This document shows, one piece after another, positions 6,857 to 14,730 of a DNA stretch of 64,000 nucleotides; within the stretch, counting starts at the first letter, position 1; every line of letters begins with the position of its first letter. The DNA comes from Flavobacteriales bacterium. GTDB lineage: Bacteria > Bacteroidota > Bacteroidia > Flavobacteriales > BACL11. The notes below the pieces were generated by a model that was not told the DNA's origin, did not search any database, and worked only from the letters and a program-made list of their open reading frames with translations. The stretch is taken from assembly GCA_002697505.1 (NCBI GenBank), contig NZWA01000041.1, positions 11,186 through 75,185 on the forward strand, in the 5' to 3' direction. The translations under genes were made by a program, and so were the position numbers.

Positions 6857-9574
6857 ATGCCAAATAAAAAGATATCTCAGCTTTCTACGATTTCTCCGGT
6901 ACCAACTGGAGGGCTTATGCTCGTTTCTAATGGTGGGGTTAGTAGGAGCGCGACAGTAAAAGATGTTGCAGAGGCTATAACTGACTCTGTTACTACGTTT
7001 ACAGGCATGTCCGACACTCCAGATGCCATCAGCGGAAATATGTTTGTCGTTGGCAATCCCGGAGGAACAGAATTAATTTTTACAAAAAACCTAAATTTAG
7101 GAACAGGAACTTTTGTAGAAACTTCGCAGACTGGTGATTTTATAGATACTTCAGACACCGGGAACTTTCTTTTCGAATCATCGCTTTCTGGAACATATTC
7201 TACACAGTTTGACGTAACAGCAGCCGGTGGAAAGTATTTGATTAGCGAAGTGACCGCAGGTAGTCACACAACTACAACACAAGTCCAACAATTACAGATA
7301 AACTTACAAAGGGGCAACACTTATAAATTTAGAACAGATTCTAGTACAAACGGTCATCCTTTTATTTTTGTCACCGAAGGGTTAGGCGGTGGATATACTT
7401 ACGAGTACACTTCGGGTATTACCAACTCTAGGGCTCAAAATGGAACTGCTCTATATTTCAGAGTGCCTCAGTCTGCCCCCAGTAATTTATTCTATCAATG
7501 CGGCGTTCATTCAAACATGGGCGCAAGAGTAAATATATATGACAATACAGGTAACCTAGTCGACACTTCTATGACTGGGTCATTTTTAACTTCGGCAAAC
7601 ACAGGTATTTTAATCGGAACGAATCAAACTGGAGACTTTTTAACTTCAGCGAACACAGGAATACTTGTAGGCGTCAATCAAACAGGCGATTTCGTAAGCA
7701 CTTCTATCACGGGAAATATTTTAGTCGGTAAGGAAGAAACAGGAGTTTTTCCAACGGGCGAAGGTACTAGTGGTTATTTCGCAAAGTGGATAGAATCTGG
7801 AGTCTTAACCACAGGGCTGGTATTAGAAGACAGCGCAAGTTTTCACCCCTATATTGATAAAAATTTAGGTAAGTCAAATAAGAGGTGGGGCAGGCTTTTT
7901 TGCAAAACTGTAGATGCTGTAAATGATGGATTTACTTTCATAGAATCAGAAACCACTAGCGCTACAAGCAGGGCAGTTGTTAGGTCTGTAAATAGCGATG
8001 GAAACTATTTAAATTTAAGAGCTGCTTCTACGGGAGATTCAACTTTAAATATCGGGTCAGGTCACTACGCTATTTATGGCACGCAGTCTGGCAAGAAGAT
8101 GTTTATAGGTAACCAACAAGATATAAACTTTCACGCTTCTTCTCAATCTATAACTAGCAGCGGTATTTCTTTTATAGCACAATTTTTAAAGACTGGGCAT
8201 ATAAAACTAAATGAAAAAGTAACTTTTAGTGACGCCTATACATTTCCAACAAGCGATGGGTCTGCGAAAAATTTCTTGGCTACGGACGGAGCTGGCAATA
8301 TATCATTCTCTGGAGCAGCAGGTATAACGGGTGGCTTAGCAGCATCTTTCATAGAGCTTGACGACACGCCTTCTTCACTAGGATCTGCCGGGCAAGTCGT
8401 GACAGTAACCGCAGACGGTACAAGCTTAACTTTTTCTGGTATTAGTCCTGCAGGCGGAGATGCTTTCACAGGAAACTTTTTAGATTCATTAACAGATACT
8501 CCATCCACTTATGCTGGTAATGCTGGTAGTATCGTAGTTGTTAAGACTGGTATTGATGGATTAGAGTTTAAGGCTTCTGGAGATTTCGTTGGTGCTTCTG
8601 AGACTGGAAATTTTGTAGACACAGCTTCTACAGGAATCTTAGTTGGCACTAATCAAACTGGCGAGTTTGTAGATAAAACTACAACGGGGAGTCTTTTGGT
8701 TGGCATTAACATGACAGGAAACCTTGTTAACACTGCCATGACAGGAAGTCTGGTAAGCACAAGCATGACAGGGAATAGTTTGTTAGGCTCAGATTTTTCG
8801 GGGACAATTACAAGTCAGGTTGATTCTGGTATATACTCAGATTACTCTGCGGAATATAATGTTAACATAAACACTAGCGCAAACGCTATAGAAATTATAG
8901 AAACTAGTCCTTTAAATTCTGGCCAGCGTGAAGTTTTAACTAAACCAGAATTAGTCTTACATAAAGGGAACACTTACAAATTTAATATTACAGGCGGAAC
9001 TGGAGTATTTTTTGGAATATCTACAGGACTGAATGAATATAGTAACGTTGCTTTATTTAACTCTGGCCAAGACGAAGTAGGCGTCGCTAAAGGTATAACA
9101 GAAAGCTACTTTTTCAGAGTCCCACAAGATGCACCTAAGTACTTGGCTTACAATGCCTTTAGTACAAGGACGCCTTCCATAGCTGGCCATGGTCTTAATA
9201 ATATGGGAAATCTTATTAAGACTTCAGATGACGCAGTAAAGGTTATAAGCGGTGTTCATTCTGGGATACATTGGGACAGCGGAAATATTCAGTACGTTAC
9301 TATAGGCACCGGGTCCTCTGTCCCTAGTAGCGTAGATTTTTTATTCCATAACGTAAAAGAAGGTGAAACACTTAAGATGTACATTCAGAATAAGCATACT
9401 TCTGAAATGAACTGCAACTTTGTGTCAGGCAGCCCTAATCAAGTATTTGCTCCTACTACAGCAAACGGCGATAACGTCTTCCCAACAGTAGGTGCTGGCA
9501 AGACTAATTTCTACGAGTTCACAAGAATACATACTGGTATATTTGTTCAGTATAATACAGGTTACATTTACTAA
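6857..9574 (+). CDS. Fibre protein with a cupredoxin-like domain, TG-repeat segments and F.GL.DTP modules
   Basis: 905 aa. It has a KISQLS-type fibre N-terminus, tandem LTSANTGIL.G.NQTGDF units, and modules shared with the fibres at 21272 and 30343. Confidence 0.75.
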   Translation: MPNKKISQLSTISPVPTGGLMLVSNGGVSRSATVKDVAEAITDSVTTFTGMSDTPDAISGNMFVVGNPGGTELIFTKNLNLGTGTFVETSQTGDFIDTSDTGNFLFESSLSGTYSTQFDVTAAGGKYLISEVTAGSHTTTTQVQQLQINLQRGNTYKFRTDSSTNGHPFIFVTEGLGGGYTYEYTSGITNSRAQNGTALYFRVPQSAPSNLFYQCGVHSNMGARVNIYDNTGNLVDTSMTGSFLTSANTGILIGTNQTGDFLTSANTGILVGVNQTGDFVSTSITGNILVGKEETGVFPTGEGTSGYFAKWIESGVLTTGLVLEDSASFHPYIDKNLGKSNKRWGRLFCKTVDAVNDGFTFIESETTSATSRAVVRSVNSDGNYLNLRAASTGDSTLNIGSGHYAIYGTQSGKKMFIGNQQDINFHASSQSITSSGISFIAQFLKTGHIKLNEKVTFSDAYTFPTSDGSAKNFLATDGAGNISFSGAAGITGGLAASFIELDDTPSSLGSAGQVVTVTADGTSLTFSGISPAGGDAFTGNFLDSLTDTPSTYAGNAGSIVVVKTGIDGLEFKASGDFVGASETGNFVDTASTGILVGTNQTGEFVDKTTTGSLLVGINMTGNLVNTAMTGSLVSTSMTGNSLLGSDFSGTITSQVDSGIYSDYSAEYNVNINTSANAIEIIETSPLNSGQREVLTKPELVLHKGNTYKFNITGGTGVFFGISTGLNEYSNVALFNSGQDEVGVAKGITESYFFRVPQDAPKYLAYNAFSTRTPSIAGHGLNNMGNLIKTSDDAVKVISGVHSGIHWDSGNIQYVTIGTGSSVPSSVDFLFHNVKEGETLKMYIQNKHTSEMNCNFVSGSPNQVFAPTTANGDNVFPTVGAGKTNFYEFTRIHTGIFVQYNTGYIY

Positions 9575-10002
9575 TGTCCTACAGGAGATACGCAGGAGAT
9601 AAGTTTATAGGTCCAACTGGGATAGATAATTTCCCAACTGACGTGGCCGATGGTGCTACTCTTACTACAACAGGAGTTGCTTCCGCAGAGTACGGTCAAT
9701 ATATAAAAGCTGGCGGAGTATGGAGAAAACTAACAGAATCTGAGTTTGTTCAACTTACTGGAACTACTAGCAGTCAAACCAGCACCATAACCCTAACTGG
9801 ACTAAGCAGCATTTACGACATTAGAGGAGTGTATTCTGGTCAGGGAGCTTTTGAATCTAGTTCTCAAGTAAGATGTTTTGTGGGAGGCGTTTTGCAAAAT
9901 CCCGCTAATTATAACTTAGAACAAGTTGGTAGTATTTCTAATATAGTGTTCGACCATGACGTTCTTTCTGGCGTTAGAACTCAAGTTCTCTATCATATTT
10001 AG
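9574..10002 (+). CDS. Small structural protein carrying one FTGDG-type beta-module
   Basis: 142 aa, start coupled to the fibre stop. The C-terminal part (VRCFVGGVLQNPANYNLEQVGSISNIVFDHDVLSGVRTQVLYHI) matches the module repeated in the fibres. Confidence 0.55.
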   Translation: MSYRRYAGDKFIGPTGIDNFPTDVADGATLTTTGVASAEYGQYIKAGGVWRKLTESEFVQLTGTTSSQTSTITLTGLSSIYDIRGVYSGQGAFESSSQVRCFVGGVLQNPANYNLEQVGSISNIVFDHDVLSGVRTQVLYHI

Positions 10003-10022
10003 GCCGTGTAATAGATTTTGGT

Positions 10023-10229
10023 ATGAAAGCACTTTCAGGCAAAAAAACTTACTTTACCGCTGGTGCAGCGGTTTTGACGGCTCTCGGCGCATATTTCGCT
10101 GGAGAGGTAGATCTGCAGACAACTATATCTGCTCTTTTCGCATCGCTAATGGCTATTTTCCTTAGAAAAGGAATTACTTCCGAGGCTAAAAAGGCCGCGG
10201 CCCCAGCAGAAGAAAAGCCAGCAGAGTAA
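10023..10229 (+). CDS. Holin-like two-TMD membrane protein
   Basis: 68 aa with two hydrophobic helices (FTAGAAVLTALGAYFAG and ISALFASLMAIFL) and a charged C-terminal tail. Confidence 0.5.
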   Translation: MKALSGKKTYFTAGAAVLTALGAYFAGEVDLQTTISALFASLMAIFLRKGITSEAKKAAAPAEEKPAE

Positions 10230-10441
10230 TGTCTTGGCTCAAGTCTATCTTAGCTATACTTGGTTCTCTGTTCAAAGTAATAGATAAAAAAACTTTGTCT
10301 TACGAGGAAAAAGTAGATAAGATAAATAGAGACAAGAAGGAACAAATAAAAGATGATTGGAAAGATACTCAAAACGAAATTGATCGTGCCTTTCGCGCTG
10401 CTAAGTCTCGCAACAGGATGCAAGACAGCAAAACCGAATAG
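10229..10441 (+). CDS. i-spanin-like type II membrane protein
   Basis: 70 aa. It has an N-terminal TMD (WLKSILAILGSLFKVI) followed by a highly charged segment. Its start overlaps the holin-like stop (TAATG). It is short for an Rz-type protein. Confidence 0.4.
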   Translation: MSWLKSILAILGSLFKVIDKKTLSYEEKVDKINRDKKEQIKDDWKDTQNEIDRAFRAAKSRNRMQDSKTE

Positions 10442-10601
10442 TAATATTTCCATTCCTCAAGTTCCTCAAGATATAGTCCAGAGGTTGATGACTCACCCTC
10501 AAATTGATAAAGCTTGGGAGCATGTTCCAGAATTTACTCGTGATGTATTAAAAACAATTTCAGATCAATCTGCAGAGATTGAGCTTCTGAAAACTAAATA
10601 A
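10353..10601 (+). CDS. o-spanin-like lipoprotein, overlapping the preceding gene in the +1 frame
   Basis: It has a signal sequence plus lipobox-like LSLATG|C. The mature part is small and proline-containing. It starts inside 10229-10441 and extends past it, an Rz/Rz1 'overlapped' architecture. Confidence 0.5.
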   Translation: MIGKILKTKLIVPFALLSLATGCKTAKPNSNISIPQVPQDIVQRLMTHPQIDKAWEHVPEFTRDVLKTISDQSAEIELLKTK

Positions 10602-10604
10602 ATT

Positions 10605-10910
10605 ATGAAAAAACTATTAGTATTCATGATCGCATTGGTAGTCTTCTCCGTTCCGGTAGAAGCTAAAGAGAAGAAAGAAAAGTGGTTTGGTGCTGGCGTA
10701 AAACCAGACCCAACCTTAACAATCCCCTTTGTGGGAGTAAAGGCACCGCTTCCAACTGCCTGTATCGGCAAGGACGTGTCTGCTTCTTTTGACTTTAAAT
10801 GCGATAAAAAAAGTATCTCTTTTAAATTGCCGTACTTCAAGTTCGAGTGGGATTTTCCCGGTCTTTCTTTAGGGCGCGGCGATAAAAAGATTACGCTAGG
10901 TAATAAGTAA
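10605..10910 (+). CDS. Small secreted protein of unknown function
   Basis: 101 aa with an N-terminal signal peptide (MKKLLVFMIALVVFSVPVEA|KE). Last gene before a strong terminator. Confidence 0.5.
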   Translation: MKKLLVFMIALVVFSVPVEAKEKKEKWFGAGVKPDPTLTIPFVGVKAPLPTACIGKDVSASFDFKCDKKSISFKLPYFKFEWDFPGLSLGRGDKKITLGNK

Positions 10911-10985
10911 AGTATTAAATGCACTTTAAACGTGCTACACTCTAGAAGTGTTTTAACGACGATCTGCAAAGATACTTAGAATCGC

Positions 10986-11012
10986 ACCCGCTCTTTATGA
11001 GCGGGTTTTTTT
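10986..11012 (+). terminator. Rho-independent terminator
   Basis: Stem ACCCGCTC / GAGCGGGT, loop TTTAT, then a 7-T run. Confidence 0.8.
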
Positions 11013-11030
11013 CTAAAAACGCATAAATAC

Positions 11031-11040
11031 GTGTATAAAT
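11031..11040 (+). promoter_or_regulatory. GTGTATAAAT variant of the recurrent motif
   Basis: Lies just after the terminator and 7 nt before the GTG start at 11048. It contains TATAAATA. Confidence 0.35.
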
Positions 11041-11047
11041 ATACTAA

Positions 11048-11461
11048 GTGGCAAATAACAATCACATTATATTAGAGATTACTTCCGCAGAAAAGGAAGT
11101 TACTCAAGACCCTTTTATAAATTATTCGCTGAAAGTAAAGAAATACTTAGAAACAAAAGCCACTGAAGTTAAAGGCGTGGGTATAGAAACTTTAATAAAA
11201 GTTTTTAAATCTGCCGGAAGAGATTGTAGTGATATTAAATATTGCGCCGCAAGAATAAATAACTTTTTAGAAGTGTTCTCTGATTACAAAAATTTTAAAA
11301 CTGCTGTTGCAAACAACTTTGAACCAAGCGAAGAATGTTTAGCGGTCGCTATAATAGAATGCAAAGATCACGATATAGATGAAATTGAATTTGAAGACGT
11401 AGATCAGTTTTATCTAGAAACAAAAGACGAATTTAAAAACTCAATAGATATAGAAATATGA
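11048..11461 (+). CDS. Acidic hypothetical protein
   Basis: 137 aa with a GTG start. First gene after a terminator-plus-motif pair. Confidence 0.5.
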   Translation: MANNNHIILEITSAEKEVTQDPFINYSLKVKKYLETKATEVKGVGIETLIKVFKSAGRDCSDIKYCAARINNFLEVFSDYKNFKTAVANNFEPSEECLAVAIIECKDHDIDEIEFEDVDQFYLETKDEFKNSIDIEI

Positions 11462-12678
11462 TTGTTGATTTTACAGATAAAATACTCGAGGCTAAAGAAA
11501 AGAAAACTTTAAATAAGCCCTTTCGCACCCCGGGTGGACCTAAGAAGTTTTCTGTCTATGTTAAAAATGAAAAAGGTAACGTAGTTAAAGTTAACTTCGG
11601 CGATCCTAATATGGAAATTAAACGCGACGATCCTGCTAGGCGTAAAAGCTTTCGTGCTCGTCATAACTGCGACAACCCCGGTCCAAAGACAAAAGCTCGC
11701 TATTGGTCTTGCCAGCAATGGCGCGCCGGTAAAAGAGTTCAGGGGTCAGAAATAGATTACGAGTGGGACGGTCAAACTTTTTTCGACCACGACGAGTTAT
11801 TAACGATTAACCCTGCTCTAGCTTTTGTCGAAGAGGAAGTTGCTGATGACGGTGACTGCGGATGCGGTAATTGTGATTGCGATGAGATTGAAGCTAAGCA
11901 CGACATGAAAAAGTATAGCTTCAATAACCCCGGTCAAGCTATGCAAATGGCAAAGAAGATGGGATTCGATGATATTCACACTCATGGCGAAGGTGACGAT
12001 ACAGTGTTTATGCCCGGTCCGAGTCATGAAGCTTTGATGAAAAAGCTTGGCGAATCTAAAGCTGAAGAGGAATACGCTAGCCTTTGGGAAAATATCAAAA
12101 AGAAACGCGACAGAATCAAAAAAGGTTCTGGAGAAAAAATGAGAAAAAAGGGTGCTAAAGGTGCACCCACTTCAGAGCAGATGGAGAAGGCTAAGAAAGC
12201 TTCTAAAATAAAGAAGAAAAGCTATGGCTCAGAAGAGTACGTGATGTCTCAAGAAGAGTTTGAAGAAGTCATGGATTTGGAAGAGATGGAGTTTTGGAAA
12301 GAAGAATCTGATGCAGCTAAAAGACCGGGAAGAAAGTCCGGCGCGCAAACTCCCGCTAAACCTAGCGAGAGAAGAAAAGGTTCTTCTAAGAATAAACCGG
12401 GCAGCGCAGGAAAGGGTGGTCCTTCCATTACTTTCTCAGAGAAAGTGACAAAGTCTTTAAAAGAAAAAGTTAAAAACCATAACGCAAAGAGCAAAAAGAA
12501 AGTTACTCTTTCTCAGCTTAAAAAAGTCTATAGAAGAGGAGCAGGCGCGTTCTCTTCTTCTCACCGTCCCGGCATGAGCCGTGGTGGCTGGGCAATGGCA
12601 CGCGTTAATATGTTCTTAAAAATGAAGCGCGGTGGCAAAGTAAAAGATTCTTATAGAAAAGCTGACGGAGATATTTAA
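11458..12678 (+). CDS. Basic protein with conserved-looking N- and C-terminal blocks and a Cys cluster
   Basis: 406 aa. The N-terminal block is KKFSVYVKN...VNFGDPNMEIKRDDPARRKSFRARHNCDNPGPKTKARYWSCQQW. The middle has DGDCGCGNCDCDE. The tail is lysine-rich and ends in RRGAGAFSSSHRPGMSRGGWAMARVNMFLK. Confidence 0.55.
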   Translation: MIVDFTDKILEAKEKKTLNKPFRTPGGPKKFSVYVKNEKGNVVKVNFGDPNMEIKRDDPARRKSFRARHNCDNPGPKTKARYWSCQQWRAGKRVQGSEIDYEWDGQTFFDHDELLTINPALAFVEEEVADDGDCGCGNCDCDEIEAKHDMKKYSFNNPGQAMQMAKKMGFDDIHTHGEGDDTVFMPGPSHEALMKKLGESKAEEEYASLWENIKKKRDRIKKGSGEKMRKKGAKGAPTSEQMEKAKKASKIKKKSYGSEEYVMSQEEFEEVMDLEEMEFWKEESDAAKRPGRKSGAQTPAKPSERRKGSSKNKPGSAGKGGPSITFSEKVTKSLKEKVKNHNAKSKKKVTLSQLKKVYRRGAGAFSSSHRPGMSRGGWAMARVNMFLKMKRGGKVKDSYRKADGDI

Positions 12679-12680
12679 AA

Positions 12681-14123
12681 ATGAAAACTAAGTATACGAC
12701 TATTTTTAGTTCCCATATTAGGCCGCTAGTGTCTGAAGAAAAAGACCAGCATCTAGCGTTAGCCTCTATGGTTGATTTAGAAAAGTTCGTCCCAGAAGTA
12801 GACACAGACGCCAACTATGATTTGTTGCCTGTAGCGTTTAACGCTTTCGTTGCAAACAGAGTTAATAAAAATGGCGATGTAGTAGATACTGAGACAGCTA
12901 TAGCGATGCACAAAAACTTTGTTAACAAGCCTGTTAACATTGAGCATAATCGTAAATCTGTAATTGGCACTATCCTCACAGCAGGTTTTTCTTCTTTTGG
13001 AGACGACAAACCTTTGTCTGAAGAAGAAGTTAAAGACATGAAAGGTCCTTTCAATGTAACTCTTGGCGGAGTTATCTGGAAGATTACAGATAAAGAGCTC
13101 GCCGATAAAATAGAAAATTCTAGCGACCCAACTAGCGACGATTACATGAATATTAGCGCTAGCTGGGAACTTGGCTTTAACGAATATAACATTGTTGTTC
13201 TCGAGGCCGAAGAGAAAAATATTGAAAATGCTAGAATTATTTCTGACCCGCAAGAAGTCGAAGCCTACCAAGGCAAGCTAAGAGGCTTCGGCGGCGAAGG
13301 TAAGTTGGACGACGGGTCTCATGTTTACAGAAAAGTAGTAAACAAGGTAGTTCCTCTAGGGATTGGCTTGACTGAAAATCCCGCGGCCGATGTAAAAGGC
13401 GTTCTGGTAGCATCGGAAGATACACAAATTGAAGCCGAAGTTGCCGAACAAAATGAAGAAAAAATTTCCCAAAATACTAAAACAAATGTAAGTATTCAAA
13501 AGGTGGAAGCTATGAAAATAGAAAATATCACAGACATCAATGACGAGTCCTTGCAGACTCTTAAAGCTTCTGCGATTCATGAGTACATTCAAGAGAGTCT
13601 GAAGGATGCCTCTGAGAAGTTCACTTCTGAGAAGCAAGAAAAAGAAGACGCTCTTGCTGAAGCTAATGAAAAGCATGAAGGTCTGCTGAAAGAGCACGAA
13701 ACTCTTAAGGCAGAGCTAGAGTCCGTCAAGGAGAAGTTAGCTTCTCTTGAAACTGAAAAGGTAGAGAGAGAAATGCTAGAGCAGTTCAATCAAAGAATGG
13801 CCTCCTTCGACGAGCGTTATGACTTGACTGACGAAGACCGCAAGGTTCTCGCTAGTCAGATCAAGGACTTGACCGAAGAGGATTTCACCGCCTTTGATCA
13901 GAACATGACGGTTCTTCTTTCCTCTAAAGTGAAAACTGAAGAGACTGAAGAAGTTGTAGAAGAAGTAGAAGCCTCTGTTGCTGAAGAAGTAGTCGAGTCT
14001 GCTGTTGAAAACGCAGAAGTCGAAAAGGAAACTGTTCCTGTTTCTTCTCCGGCTGAAGAACCTTCTATTACTGAAAAGTATAGTAAAGCTTTTAGTATCG
14101 AAAACTTCGATATCAAACTCTAA
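12681..14123 (+). CDS. Capsid scaffolding protein, possibly a prohead protease-scaffold fusion
   Basis: 480 aa. The C-terminal 220 aa are an acidic coiled coil (EKQEKEDALAEANEKHEGLLKEHETLKAELESVKEKLASLETEK). The gene lies two genes upstream of the capsid gene. The protease assignment of the N-terminal half is not verified. Confidence 0.6.
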   Translation: MKTKYTTIFSSHIRPLVSEEKDQHLALASMVDLEKFVPEVDTDANYDLLPVAFNAFVANRVNKNGDVVDTETAIAMHKNFVNKPVNIEHNRKSVIGTILTAGFSSFGDDKPLSEEEVKDMKGPFNVTLGGVIWKITDKELADKIENSSDPTSDDYMNISASWELGFNEYNIVVLEAEEKNIENARIISDPQEVEAYQGKLRGFGGEGKLDDGSHVYRKVVNKVVPLGIGLTENPAADVKGVLVASEDTQIEAEVAEQNEEKISQNTKTNVSIQKVEAMKIENITDINDESLQTLKASAIHEYIQESLKDASEKFTSEKQEKEDALAEANEKHEGLLKEHETLKAELESVKEKLASLETEKVEREMLEQFNQRMASFDERYDLTDEDRKVLASQIKDLTEEDFTAFDQNMTVLLSSKVKTEETEEVVEEVEASVAEEVVESAVENAEVEKETVPVSSPAEEPSITEKYSKAFSIENFDIKL

Positions 14124-14141
14124 TAGGAAAACCAAAATATT

Positions 14142-14711
14142 ATGGCAAATGAAAGACTAATGCCCTTCCGGGATTATGATGAGCACGATGTCATCAATTT
14201 GTTTGCGTTTGGTGATACAGCTGTTGTTCTTAATGATTCAACCACCGTTGAGGCTGGTTCAGTCGTTAAGATTAAGACTGGCTGGAAAAACACCGACGAA
14301 ACGCAACTTTTGACTGACGTTGGAGCTTCTTACAATAACGTTGTTTCTCAACGTTATGGCGTTAACGCAGAGGTCGAGTACGCAAATGGTGGCGATGAGA
14401 CACCACTTGGTATTCTTCTTTATGACGTTAGAGAGTTCGACGAAAATGGCGAAAGACTTAAATTCAATCCGCAGAAAGCTGCTGAACTTAACGCAGCTAT
14501 CAGTGGTCAGGCCGTGCCGATTGCTACGAGAGGTATTTTCCTCTTCGCTACTGGCGCGTTCACTGCTGCTGGCTCTGTTGGTGCTGGGTCTAACCTTTAC
14601 GCTAGTGGTGATGGCAAATTAACCTCGACAGTTGCTGAAAACACGAAGGTTGGTAAAGCTATTGGTGACCCTGATGCTGATGGTAGCGTCTTGGTGAAAC
14701 TTGAACTGTAA
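14142..14711 (+). CDS. Head decoration / capsid accessory protein (by position)
   Basis: 189 aa, Gly/Ala-rich, between the scaffold gene and the major capsid gene. Confidence 0.45.
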   Translation: MANERLMPFRDYDEHDVINLFAFGDTAVVLNDSTTVEAGSVVKIKTGWKNTDETQLLTDVGASYNNVVSQRYGVNAEVEYANGGDETPLGILLYDVREFDENGERLKFNPQKAAELNAAISGQAVPIATRGIFLFATGAFTAAGSVGAGSNLYASGDGKLTSTVAENTKVGKAIGDPDADGSVLVKLEL

Positions 14712-14730
14712 TTAATAGGAGAATTATAAA

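Noticed and set aside
10860-10880. An RGD tripeptide (LGRGDKK) in the secreted 101-aa protein, considered as an integrin-type adhesion motif.
   Set aside because: A tripeptide occurs by chance too often to be meaningful, and there is no eukaryotic context.
10565-10969. The minus-strand 134-aa ORF overlapping the secreted-protein gene and the terminator region.
   Set aside because: The + strand ORF at 10605-10910 starts 4 nt after the preceding stop and has a clear signal peptide. The minus-strand translation has no recognisable features and would run against the operon and through the terminator flank.
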